Shown here in pieces: positions 1 through 9,046 of a DNA stretch of 49,751 bases. The translations under genes were made by a program, and so were the position numbers. The stretch is taken from assembly GCA_037128175.1 (NCBI GenBank), contig JBAXWY010000018.1, forward strand, positions 1 through 49,751, in the 5' to 3' direction. How positions within the stretch are numbered: the first letter of the stretch is position 1; each line of letters starts with the position of its first letter. The notes beneath the pieces are model-generated. The model did not search any database. It was not told the DNA's origin and saw nothing but the letters and a program-made list of their open reading frames with translations. Origin of the DNA: Methanothrix sp. (GTDB taxonomy: Archaea; Halobacteriota; Methanosarcinia; Methanotrichales; Methanotrichaceae).

Positions 1-49
1 CAATTCTCGCGGTCTGCAGCCGCGCACTTAGCCGGTCAGTCACCCCGGC
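1..49 (-). tRNA. tRNA-Cys(GCA), 5' part; 3' end cut by window edge
   Basis: Reverse complement reads GCCGGGG-TG-ACTGACCGGCTAAGT-G-CGCGG-CTGCAGA-CCGCG-AGAATTG: acceptor 5' strand, D-arm, perfect 5-bp anticodon stem, GCA anticodon (15-17) followed by G37. Confidence 0.85.
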
Positions 50-140
50 ACCTCTACCACCCAACTAAGGCACAGGATGCACTAATACTCGCGGATAGCG
101 GCAAATTATGACAGAAGACCAAACCTCGCATCCATTCCCT

Positions 141-725
141 TTAGTCCAAACACTTCACCTCAATATCGCCGGTAATTTTGGGGAGCACGCTATGCGAGGC
201 TCCAATGAAGAGCAGGCCCGTCTCGCCATCCTTTAAAGAGGCATCAATGGCCCTGGCGATGAATAGATCTCTCTCCTCCAGAAGATTATCTTTGACCTGG
301 TTGTATCGCTCTTCCGCAGTCCGTCTCTCCTCATCCGTTTTGGCTTCCAGAAGCGCCTTGATGTAACCGTACTCTTGCCGGAGCAGATCGGCGCTTTCCG
401 TCGCTTCAATCTTGGCGCCCCTGTCCATGAGCTTTTGCACAATCTGGTAGTTCTTGCTGCCTCTTGCTGCCGTCTCCCGCACAATTCTCTCGCCCAATGC
501 CCCGGCGCAGGGCAGGCCGTCCTGGTAGATACGTAGCTTTCCTACGTCCAGGCCCAGATCGTCCACCTCTTTTTCCAGCTCCTGCCAGAAGCTCTCAATC
601 TTCTTTTGGTTTTCCTGCCAGCGCACCCTTCCCAAAGTTGATATGCCGGCTTTTTCCAGACCAGCGCTTGCCGAGCCCATGTCAGAAGGAGCATGCACGA
701 TTCTGATTACTATGAGCTTTCTCAT
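141..725 (-). CDS. Conserved hypothetical protein, possible TraB/GumN(Tiki)-like fold
   Basis: 194-aa ORF 3 nt downstream of the CoA hydrolase gene. Motifs IVHxxxD, YQDG, ERD and FIGxxH resemble the TraB/GumN pattern (inference). Confidence 0.6.
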   Translation of the reverse strand: MRKLIVIRIVHAPSDMGSASAGLEKAGISTLGRVRWQENQKKIESFWQELEKEVDDLGLDVGKLRIYQDGLPCAGALGERIVRETAARGSKNYQIVQKLMDRGAKIEATESADLLRQEYGYIKALLEAKTDEERRTAEERYNQVKDNLLEERDLFIARAIDASLKDGETGLLFIGASHSVLPKITGDIEVKCLD

Positions 726-728
726 ATT

Positions 729-2630
729 CTACTCCCCGCTCCCAACAACCCGAAACCACATGCGCATCTCATAAACCCCTTCTTCGCTTCTCTTCTCAGT
801 ATCAAATCCCATCTTCTCAAAGAGCCGCACCATGAATTTATTCTCCACCAGTACCTCTCCCGTAAATCCGAGCAAGCCCTGCCTTTTCGCCAGATAGATT
901 AGATAAGAGAGGAGCTCTCTACCTACGCCCAGTCCCTGGAATTTGTCGCTTACCACCAGGGCGACCTCTGCCAGGTGCATGTCCGAATTGAGTTCATATT
1001 GACCAAGACCGATAATGATCTCCTTTTCCTTCTCCACAATCGTGGCCAGGATCTCCATCTTTTTGCTGTAGTCTACAGCCACAAAATCTTGTAGTCTTCT
1101 ATGCGGCATGTCTTTTCGAACCGAGAAGAAGCGCTTGTAAAGGCTCTCCTCAGATAGACCATAAAAGAAGTCCTTTAGCACTTGCTCATCGGTGATCTTG
1201 GCCGGCCGCAGGAACAGATTGAGTCCTTTTCTGGTGGTCCTGTAGATCTCCAGTTCCTCGGGATACATGCCTTTCTCTCCCGGAATGAAGACCTGATCTT
1301 TGTAGATGAGAGCCCTCTTCCGGGCCGTTTCCATCAGCCAGGGCCGGAATTTGGGATGAGCAATGGCGATGAGATCCATCGCTCTCTCCCGAATGTTCTT
1401 GCCGTGCAAATAGGCAATTCCATACTCAGTTACCACATAGCGAACATCGCCCCGGTTCAAAGTGACTCCAGCACCCTCCTGAAGTGTGGGAACAATTCGA
1501 GAGACGCTCTCATTTAGAGCCGTGGAGGGTAGAGCTAATATGGTCTTTCCCCCCGGCGCCAGCACTGCCCCGCGCATGAAATCCGCCTGTCCACCGATGC
1601 CGCTGTAGAAGGTGCCGCCCAGAGACTCCGCCGTGGCCTGGCCGGTAAGATCCACTTCCATGGCGCTGTTGATGGCAGTCATGAGCCGGTTTCTGGCGAT
1701 TATGAGGGGGTGGTTGGTGTAATCGATCCTTTTGAATTCCACGGCAGGGTTCTCGTCCAGGAAATCATAGGTCTCCCGGCTCCCCATACAAAAGGAGGCG
1801 ATGGTCTTGCCGGGATTGTGGGTCTTCTTCTTATTGGTGACCACCCCTTTTTTCATGAGATTGACAATACCGTCGCTGAGCAGTTCCGTATGAACTCCCA
1901 GATCCTTTTTATCCACCAAATTAGGCACTACTGCATCCGGGATCAGCCCGTAGCCCACCTGAATGGTCGAGCCGTCTTCGATGATGCGCGCCACGTATCT
2001 TCCGATACTCTGCACAATATCGTTAGGCGCTTTGACGGAATACTCCAGCAGCGGCTCGTCATGGGGCAAAAGGAAATCTATGTCTTTTATATTTATGAAT
2101 CCATCACCCTGGGTGCGGGGCATGTTCATATTGACCTGAGCCACCACGATTTGAGCCATTTCTACTGCAGATTCGACCACATCCACGCTTATTCCCAGGC
2201 TAAAATAGCCGTGTTTGTCGGGAAGAGAGGTCTGGATGAGAGCCACATCCACGGGTATCAGCTCGGAGCGGAAGAGATCGGGAACCTGCGAAAGGAAGAC
2301 GGGCGTGTAGTCCGCTGCGCCGCGGTTGACGGAATTTCTGGTGCTGTCGCCCACAAAGAAGGAGTCAAGCCGGAAGTTCCCCTGCAGCTTTTCATCGTTG
2401 TAAGGCGCTACCCCCAGCGTCCAGACGTGGATCAGCTCGGCATCAAAGAATGCCTTGGGATGGTTCTTGACGTAGTTGACCAGAGCAAGAACCAGATACT
2501 GGGGCTCGCCGCAGCCCGTGCCGATGAAAATGCGGTCGCCTGCATGGATATGTGAGAAGATCTCATCTTCGGATGCGAACTTCTCAGGATGTGTCTTCCT
2601 AAACTCTTCCAGGAGCCTTTTGTCTTTCAT
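729..2630 (-). CDS. Acetyl-CoA hydrolase/transferase fused to a C-terminal GNAT acetyltransferase
   Basis: LGVHTE, SGIGGQADF and VVTEYGIA CoA-transferase motifs. C-terminal AEVALVVSDKFQGLGVG GNAT acetyl-CoA-binding motif. Confidence 0.9.
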   Translation of the reverse strand: MKDKRLLEEFRKTHPEKFASEDEIFSHIHAGDRIFIGTGCGEPQYLVLALVNYVKNHPKAFFDAELIHVWTLGVAPYNDEKLQGNFRLDSFFVGDSTRNSVNRGAADYTPVFLSQVPDLFRSELIPVDVALIQTSLPDKHGYFSLGISVDVVESAVEMAQIVVAQVNMNMPRTQGDGFINIKDIDFLLPHDEPLLEYSVKAPNDIVQSIGRYVARIIEDGSTIQVGYGLIPDAVVPNLVDKKDLGVHTELLSDGIVNLMKKGVVTNKKKTHNPGKTIASFCMGSRETYDFLDENPAVEFKRIDYTNHPLIIARNRLMTAINSAMEVDLTGQATAESLGGTFYSGIGGQADFMRGAVLAPGGKTILALPSTALNESVSRIVPTLQEGAGVTLNRGDVRYVVTEYGIAYLHGKNIRERAMDLIAIAHPKFRPWLMETARKRALIYKDQVFIPGEKGMYPEELEIYRTTRKGLNLFLRPAKITDEQVLKDFFYGLSEESLYKRFFSVRKDMPHRRLQDFVAVDYSKKMEILATIVEKEKEIIIGLGQYELNSDMHLAEVALVVSDKFQGLGVGRELLSYLIYLAKRQGLLGFTGEVLVENKFMVRLFEKMGFDTEKRSEEGVYEMRMWFRVVGSGE

Positions 2631-2897
2631 CTCAATTAAACCATATCATAGTCAGCTGATAAATGATTTCCTTTGCCGCCATCTACATAGATCTTGAAGA
2701 ATAGGATACTATTCTATTATCATAAAACTATCGGTAGTGTGTGAGGTACTAAGATCATTTGATTTCAGCGGCATTTTCCCATAATCCTGCACCCACGAGC
2801 CGATACAAGCCAAGCCCCAATCTAGCCGTCCATTAAGCAATGGAATCTTTAAAGAATCTGCAGATCATCATGAGCTAATAGCAAAGGTCGATTCTGC

Positions 2898-3116
2898 ATG
2901 GATGCCAAAGATGCCGCATTGATAGCCAAGGGATACTTCGAGGAGACTAAAAACACCAGGTACTTTCTATTCGACGCGCCCGAGGTTCGAAGACTAAACG
3001 GCCAGTGGAAGGTCATCTGCGAGATCAGAGAACTCTTCGAAGAGAGCACAAAAAAGTTTGAGATAACTGTGGACAATCAAGACGGGATCATCCTGGATGT
3101 TAAGAAGTTGGATTAG
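2898..3116 (+). CDS. Small protein upstream of PIN gene (putative antitoxin/partner)
   Basis: 72-aa ORF overlapping the PIN ORF; ends in a PepSY-like ITVDxxxGxILDV pattern. Confidence 0.6.
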   Translation: MDAKDAALIAKGYFEETKNTRYFLFDAPEVRRLNGQWKVICEIRELFEESTKKFEITVDNQDGIILDVKKLD

Positions 3117-3582
3117 GGCACCCAGACACTTGGTCATGGACACAATCCCGCTAATGCTATTATTAGTGGGCGCTTACGACCGATCCTATCTGCTCAAATT
3201 CAAGCGGCTTAAGTCCTACGGTTATGTGGAAGAGGACTTTGAAGTCCTTAGAAAATTCCTCCTCAGCACGAAGACCATAACCGTCACTTCCGGCGTTCTA
3301 GCTGAGGCAGCCAATTTCCTGGAAAACGATTCTCATTTTTCCGAAATCATTGTGAGGAACATGAGTCTCTTGGCAAAGCTGAAGGAGGTTTACATTGAGA
3401 AAGCTAGGATCTTGAACTGCGAGCTGGTTTTCCAATTGGCCTTCACGGATACATCGCTCCTCCTGCTGGCCCAAAATAGCGGAGACTCCGTTCTTACACG
3501 CGACAGAAAATTGTGGGCTGCCTGCAAGAAGAGCGGAGTTGATGTATTCATCTCGATCAGGTCTTATCGGCAGGCGATCTGA
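3097..3582 (+). CDS. PIN domain ribonuclease (VapC-like)
   Basis: Acidic PIN residues in the expected order: VMDT, VLAE, FTD, LTRD. Confidence 0.75.
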   Translation: MLRSWIRAPRHLVMDTIPLMLLLVGAYDRSYLLKFKRLKSYGYVEEDFEVLRKFLLSTKTITVTSGVLAEAANFLENDSHFSEIIVRNMSLLAKLKEVYIEKARILNCELVFQLAFTDTSLLLLAQNSGDSVLTRDRKLWAACKKSGVDVFISIRSYRQAI

Positions 3583-3635
3583 TTTCCCTGCGCGGATGAT
3601 ATGCAATGAATAAGAACTACTCAGAGGTGAAAGAA

Positions 3636-3863
3636 ATGAAGAAGACTCTGGCAATTCTGCTCGCTGCCATCTTGATGATCCTGGCATGCGCGGCATCGGT
3701 TTATGCCGATGACGATGAAGGCAATGAGGCTAATGAGAATGAAGCAGGCGAAAGCAATTCAGACGATGACGAAAAGGAAAATAGCGTGCCCGGCTTCGAG
3801 TTCGCATTTGCTGTCGGCGCGGCAATAGCTGCGGCGCGATTCCTCAGGGCCCGGCTGACATAA
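3636..3863 (+). CDS. Small secreted acidic protein with PGF-CTERM archaeosortase signal
   Basis: RBS GAGGTGA at 3624-3630, signal peptide MKKTLAILLAAIL..., D/E/N-rich core, then VPGF + hydrophobic helix + basic tail. Confidence 0.8.
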   Translation: MKKTLAILLAAILMILACAASVYADDDEGNEANENEAGESNSDDDEKENSVPGFEFAFAVGAAIAAARFLRARLT

Positions 3864-3974
3864 CTGCCTGACTTGATAATCTGAAATCCGCAAAACGCAA
3901 GTCTGAAATCCTTGCCCTCTTTTTGCCCGGAAGAATCGAAACTGTTAAGGTCTATTTGCTGCAATGCAATAGGC

Positions 3975-4706
3975 ATGACTTTTGCATTCTTTCCCGCGGT
4001 GGACCTTCGAGGCGGCAAGTGCGTGCAGCTCATCGGCGGCGTGCCGGGCACTGAGGTTGTGGCCCTGGACGATCCCCTGGCCCAGGCGGAGCGCTGGGTA
4101 GCACAAGGCGCGGACCATCTGCATATCATCGATCTGGATGGGGCCATCTTAGGAAGAAGGGTCAACGCCTCCATCTTGAGCCAGATCGTGAAAAAGCTGA
4201 ACCTGTTCATTCAAGTAGGGGGAGGCATCAGGACGGAGGAGGATGTATCGACTATCCTGGATCTGGGTGTGGACCGAGCCATACTTGGGACGGCAGCCCT
4301 GAAAGATCCTGATATGGTTTCACGTCTCTCGAATCGTCACGGCCCGGAGAAGATTATGGTGGCTCTGGATGTAAGAAGGGGGGACGTGACCACGGAGGGC
4401 TGGCAGAGGACGCTGGGAAAGAAGGCGGTGGAGCTGGGAAGGCTCTTTGAGGAGAAGGGAGCAGGCTCCATTCTCTTCACCAATATTGATGTAGAAGGAC
4501 AGCAAAGGGGCATCGACCTGGGACCGACGCGCGACCTCGTGCAGTCGCTCAAAATTCCCGTAGTGGCCGCGGGCGGCGTTACAACCGTTGAAGATGTCCT
4601 GGCTCTGCGGGAAGCAGGAACGTCCGGAGCGGTGGCGGGAACGGCAATTTACACCGGCAAGCTCTCCGTGCCCCGCACTCTGGAGTCCCTCCGTGGGGCG
4701 AGATGA
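3975..4706 (+). CDS. hisA: ProFAR isomerase HisA
   Basis: FPAVDLRGGKCVQL, LHIIDLDGA, QVGGGIR and AAGGV motifs; start placed at ATG 3975. Confidence 0.95.
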   Translation: MTFAFFPAVDLRGGKCVQLIGGVPGTEVVALDDPLAQAERWVAQGADHLHIIDLDGAILGRRVNASILSQIVKKLNLFIQVGGGIRTEEDVSTILDLGVDRAILGTAALKDPDMVSRLSNRHGPEKIMVALDVRRGDVTTEGWQRTLGKKAVELGRLFEEKGAGSILFTNIDVEGQQRGIDLGPTRDLVQSLKIPVVAAGGVTTVEDVLALREAGTSGAVAGTAIYTGKLSVPRTLESLRGAR

Positions 4707-4716
4707 GGTGAAAATC

Positions 4717-5277
4717 ATGAGGAAAGGTGAAGCGGAAGGACTGTTTCGAGAGTGCAGGGCCAGAGTAGCTCTGGACCTGGATGGCTCAGGAAATGCCGTC
4801 GTAAGCTGCGGATCGGGATTTTTGGATCACATGCTTACCGCTCTGGCCCGGACGGCTCTGCTGGACTTGACGGCGCAGGCGGAGCTGGGCTTTTACAGAA
4901 CACAGGCTCTGGGGGCAGCCATTGGCCTGGCATTAAACGAGAGCCTGGGGGATCGCAGCGGAATTCGCCGCTATGGCTCCTCCTCTGTGCCCATGGACGA
5001 GGCCCTGGCAGATGTGGCGCTTGATTTCAGCGGTCGGCCCTATCTGGTCGTGGCCGGAGAGTTTCGCGGAGAAAGGATCGGAGACTTCGAGGTACAGCTC
5101 TTGCAGCCCTTCCTGGAAGCGCTCTGTGTCGGCGCGCGGCTCACTTTGCATGTGCGCTTCTACGGCGAGAACGACCATCACAAAATGGAGAGCGTTTTCA
5201 AGGCCCTGGGCTTTGCCCTTCGCCAGGCTGTGGCAAAAGAGGGAACGGGGGTACCCAGCACCAAGGGCGTGATTTAG
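4717..5277 (+). CDS. hisB: Imidazoleglycerol-phosphate dehydratase HisB (first HH motif degenerate)
   Basis: GFLDHML, GIRRYG, PMDEAL, DFSGRPY, NDHHKMESVFKA and VPSTKG motifs; RBS GAGGTG before ATG 4717. Confidence 0.85.
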   Translation: MRKGEAEGLFRECRARVALDLDGSGNAVVSCGSGFLDHMLTALARTALLDLTAQAELGFYRTQALGAAIGLALNESLGDRSGIRRYGSSSVPMDEALADVALDFSGRPYLVVAGEFRGERIGDFEVQLLQPFLEALCVGARLTLHVRFYGENDHHKMESVFKALGFALRQAVAKEGTGVPSTKGVI

Positions 5278-5292
5278 AAAAATATTTTTAAC

Positions 5293-6081
5293 CTAAAAGA
5301 GGCCTTCAATCTGCCGAAAGTCAATCCTTGATGTCGAGTCCAGCGTGAGGGGCGTCAGGGAGATCTTTCGGTCCTGGTAGATCGTCTGCACATCGGTGCC
5401 CTCTTCATCGCAGCAGATCAGATCGCCGTCTATCCAGTAGTAGGGCCTGCCCCGCGGATCAAAGCGCTCCTGCACCGTGGTCTTGAAGATCTTGCGGGCC
5501 AGGCGGGTAACGACGATATCCGTGTCCTCAGTAGCATCAGCCGGCACATTCAAATTCAAGACATCGACGCCTTGGGGAAGGCCGTGCTCCAGCACCTTGC
5601 TGGCCACGCGGCGCAGGACTTTGGTGGCTACCTCAAAATTGTGCTTCTCGCCGTGGTGCATATCGAATTTGTCGCCCTGGTCTACCACCTGAATGGATGC
5701 GGCGATAGAGGGAATGCCGTAACTGGCCGCCTCCAGAGCAGCGCCGATGGTCCCGCTGGTGGTGACCGTGTCGGTGCTGATGTTTTCCCCAACATTGATT
5801 CCTGATACGACAAGGTCAGGTAGCTCGCCTTTCATAATGGCGAAGATGCCGATGATGACGGAGTCAACGGGCGTTCCTGTGACGGCATAGGCCTGAAAAC
5901 CGTTCAAGTTCACATGGGCGTAGCGCAGCGGCTCAAAGACGGAAACCGATCTTCCTACGCCACTCATCTGCCCGGAGGGCGCAGCTACTACTACCTGACC
6001 CAGGCCCTGCACGCTTCTAGCGGCAGCCTGAAGCCCAGAGGCGTAAACGCCGTCGTCATTGCTCACCAGTATGCGATGCAT
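5293..6081 (-). CDS. surE: 5'/3'-nucleotidase SurE
   Basis: ILVSNDDG, GTPVD, VVSGINxGxN, SGT and DPRGRPYYW motifs. Confidence 0.95.
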   Translation of the reverse strand: MHRILVSNDDGVYASGLQAAARSVQGLGQVVVAAPSGQMSGVGRSVSVFEPLRYAHVNLNGFQAYAVTGTPVDSVIIGIFAIMKGELPDLVVSGINVGENISTDTVTTSGTIGAALEAASYGIPSIAASIQVVDQGDKFDMHHGEKHNFEVATKVLRRVASKVLEHGLPQGVDVLNLNVPADATEDTDIVVTRLARKIFKTTVQERFDPRGRPYYWIDGDLICCDEEGTDVQTIYQDRKISLTPLTLDSTSRIDFRQIEGLF

Positions 6082-6118
6082 CGCTCTTAACCCAGGGCGC
6101 CTCGGATATTAAAAGGCT

Positions 6119-6985
6119 CTATCTGAACATCTCCAGCAGCCTCTCCACGATCTTGTTGAAGCTCCCCCCCGCTCTCGTCCCGCTCTCAACGAATGTCTGC
6201 CCGCGATCGCCCAGGGCGCAGACACCCGGATCGATGGGAATTGCCCCCAGGAAGGGCACATTCATCTCCTCTGCCATTCTTAGTCCACCGCCGGCGCCAA
6301 AGATGCTGATGCCCTCATTGCAATGCGGGCAGATCAGGCCGGACATATTCTCCACTATGCCCAGCACGGGAATCTTCATGGCCTTGACCATGTTCACCGC
6401 TTTGCGGCTGTCCAGGAGCGCGACCTCCTGAGGTGTGGTTACTATTATCGCCCCGGCCAGCTCGGGAATGAGCTGCACCACGGAAAGTGGCTCGTCACTG
6501 GTGCCGGGCGGCAGGTCGATGAGCAGAAAATCAAGATCTCCCCAGTTCACATCCTGGATGAACTGCTTGATGGCGGCCATCTTCATGGGCCCGCGCCAGA
6601 CCACAGGTGTCTCGCGGCTGCTGAGAATGAGAGCCATGGAGGCAACCATAATGCCGTCGGCCTTCGCGGGCTCAATTCCATCCGTCCCCTGCTTCAGCTT
6701 TGCTTCCTCGATTCCCAGAAGCTTGGGAATATCCGGGCCAGTGATATCGGCATCCAGTATGCCGACCTGGAGGCCCTTCATCTGCAGAGCACGGGCCAGG
6801 TTGACGGAGACGGTGCTCTTGCCCACGCCACCCTTGCCGCTGGCGATGATGATCTTGTGATTGATTTTGGCCATGCGATCGACTTTGCAGGTGCAATCGC
6901 TTTGATCCTTGCAGGAGCCCTTCTGGGCACATGAATCGCAATTGTTGTCTTGTTTTGTCATGGGAGTCATTCCGCTAGTTAGCAT
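6119..6985 (-). CDS. Mrp/NBP35 Fe-S cluster carrier ATPase
   Basis: SGKGGVGKST, DLPPGTSD and ENMS..CPHC motifs plus an N-terminal Cys cluster; start may be 6961. Confidence 0.93.
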   Translation of the reverse strand: MLTSGMTPMTKQDNNCDSCAQKGSCKDQSDCTCKVDRMAKINHKIIIASGKGGVGKSTVSVNLARALQMKGLQVGILDADITGPDIPKLLGIEEAKLKQGTDGIEPAKADGIMVASMALILSSRETPVVWRGPMKMAAIKQFIQDVNWGDLDFLLIDLPPGTSDEPLSVVQLIPELAGAIIVTTPQEVALLDSRKAVNMVKAMKIPVLGIVENMSGLICPHCNEGISIFGAGGGLRMAEEMNVPFLGAIPIDPGVCALGDRGQTFVESGTRAGGSFNKIVERLLEMFR

Positions 6986-7019
6986 GCAATTGTTTATTTT
7001 GATTATAATTTAATTAATA

Positions 7020-7934
7020 TTAATAGTAATCATTATTGGCTTTTCCGACGGCATGAAAATAGAGCTTGCCGCTCTGCAGCCTCCTGGATATCAGGCCGTC
7101 CTTCTCCATGATCTTGCAGTATTTGATGGCATCGCTTCCGTCTAAACTCAGGTGGCGGCTTATCTCTTCCAGAGTGCTGGGACTGCCCGAGAGCAGGTCT
7201 ATCAGTCTGTCCCGGATACGGGAGGGAACGCTCCAGTCCCAGTCCGGTATCAGCTCGGCACCGGGGAAAATCTCCAGCATCCTTTGCATCTCCTCCTCGC
7301 TCAGAGCCTCCACCGGCTCCGCGGGCGTGCGGACCACCGTGTTGAGCTGAATTCGGTCCGGCTCGGTAGATTCTGCGGCCCGGGCGATCAATTCTGCCTC
7401 CTGATCGTTTATGCCCCTCACCAGCATCACCTCCAGCCAGATCTCGCCGGAAAATTCCTTCCGAAAGTCCTTTAAGCCCGCAATCATATCCGCGGCCAAA
7501 AGGCCCGGCGCCGGCCTGTTGATGGCCAAAAAAGCCCTTTCGCTCGCTGCATCCAAAGAGGGAAGGACCACATCGGCAGCAGCAACCTCTTTTCGAACCG
7601 CAGGGCTGGAGAGTAGCGTGCTATTGGTGATCACTGCTACGGGAGAATCGACGATCTCCTTGGCCTGAGCCACGATCTCGCCCAGATCAAGGCTTAACGT
7701 CGGCTCTCCAGATCCGGCAAAGGTGAGGTGGTCAAAAGGCTCGCCCCGTCTAAGTTCGATCTCTTTCAAAACCTTCTGGCGGGGCACGAAACGATCCCTG
7801 CAGGTGGTTTTGCAGGCAGTGCGGCCCAGCTCACAGTAGACGCAATCCAGGTTGCAGGTCTTGTATTTGAGCAGGTCCACGCCCATGGACAGGCCCAGGC
7901 GACGAGAGAGCACCGGCCCAAAGAGATATCCCAT
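7020..7934 (-). CDS. Radical SAM protein with C-terminal winged-helix-like segment
   Basis: FGPVxSRRLG, CNLDCVYC (CxxxCxxC) and GSGEPTL motifs. Confidence 0.9.
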   Translation of the reverse strand: MGYLFGPVLSRRLGLSMGVDLLKYKTCNLDCVYCELGRTACKTTCRDRFVPRQKVLKEIELRRGEPFDHLTFAGSGEPTLSLDLGEIVAQAKEIVDSPVAVITNSTLLSSPAVRKEVAAADVVLPSLDAASERAFLAINRPAPGLLAADMIAGLKDFRKEFSGEIWLEVMLVRGINDQEAELIARAAESTEPDRIQLNTVVRTPAEPVEALSEEEMQRMLEIFPGAELIPDWDWSVPSRIRDRLIDLLSGSPSTLEEISRHLSLDGSDAIKYCKIMEKDGLISRRLQSGKLYFHAVGKANNDYY

Positions 7935-8057
7935 AATTCATTCCCGATCTGCCTTTTTCTTTTACTATTTAGCCGTTCCAGTTGATGGCTAACCCACACA
8001 CAGATTTAACCTTATTTATTGATAAAGCTTAAATGACTGCATGCCCGAACAATCAGC

Positions 8058-9002
8058 ATGGATAAGGCTCGTGAACTGATCGAAATACTCGGCAAGAGTG
8101 ATGACTACTTCGAACGCCAGAAGGCGGCATGGGCCCTGGTAAATCTGGGGGAGGCCTCCGTAGACCACACGGCCAAAGCCCTGGAGACCGGCGAATTCTC
8201 CGATCTGCGGTATAAATCCGCCTGGATTTTGGGAAAAATCGGCAGCCACAGTGCAGTAGAGCCGCTCTGCCGGGCCATGCTCAATGATCCTGATCACGTG
8301 GTTCGCGAATGGTGCGCCGCCGCCCTGGAAGCTGTCAGGAGCCAGGAGGCTGTCCCCGCACTGGTTTTGGCTATGAAACGGGAAAGCTCTAACGATGTGC
8401 GTCTGCGAGCGGCAATGGCGCTGCGCAAGCTAGGGGCAGCAGAGGCTCTTCGTGATCTTTTGGGCTATGCCGAGCCCGAGATCAGGGGTATGGCAGTGAC
8501 GGGTCTTGCCAAGATCGGACACCGGGAATCTCTGCCGGACGTGGCAAGGCTGATGCAGGATGAGGAGATGGAGGTTAGGCGCAGAGCTGCAGCCTTCATG
8601 GGAGAGGTGGCCTGCGATGAGGCTTTGAGCTGTCTGGCCCAGGCTTTGCAGGATAGCGAGAGTGCCGTCCGGTGCGAGGCATTAAAGTCTCTGGGCAAGA
8701 TTAAGGGGGAAGGTGCCTGTGATCTGGCTTTGCGCTCCTTGCAGGACCAGGACCCTCAGGTTCGCTTCACTGCCGTCACAACCCTTGGTGAGATCGGCCA
8801 TAACAAAGCATTGGTGCCGCTGGTGGAGATCATGTTCGCACAGGAGGACGAGGAGATGCGATCCTGGGCGGCCTGGAGCCTGGGAGAGATTGCAGATGAG
8901 AGGGCGATAGAGCCGCTGCAGCGTGCCTACAAGACCTGTCCCACACAAGTGATGAAGATGGCCCGAGACTCACTGGTAGAGGTCTTCAAGACACAGGTAT
9001 AG
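8058..9002 (+). CDS. HEAT repeat (PBS lyase-like) protein
   Basis: Repeated VRxxAAxALGxIG units of about 31 aa. Confidence 0.9.
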   Translation: MDKARELIEILGKSDDYFERQKAAWALVNLGEASVDHTAKALETGEFSDLRYKSAWILGKIGSHSAVEPLCRAMLNDPDHVVREWCAAALEAVRSQEAVPALVLAMKRESSNDVRLRAAMALRKLGAAEALRDLLGYAEPEIRGMAVTGLAKIGHRESLPDVARLMQDEEMEVRRRAAAFMGEVACDEALSCLAQALQDSESAVRCEALKSLGKIKGEGACDLALRSLQDQDPQVRFTAVTTLGEIGHNKALVPLVEIMFAQEDEEMRSWAAWSLGEIADERAIEPLQRAYKTCPTQVMKMARDSLVEVFKTQV

Positions 9003-9046
9003 AAACTGCTGCGCTAAATTCAATGTGCAGTCACAAGCCCCATCCT

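Noticed and set aside
1710-2555. Long antisense ORFs (e.g. 1710-2555, 6323-6934, 30469-31113, 31117-31782, 32053-32742, 37682-38230)
   Set aside because: They lie opposite well-supported genes and have no recognisable motifs; treated as shadow ORFs.
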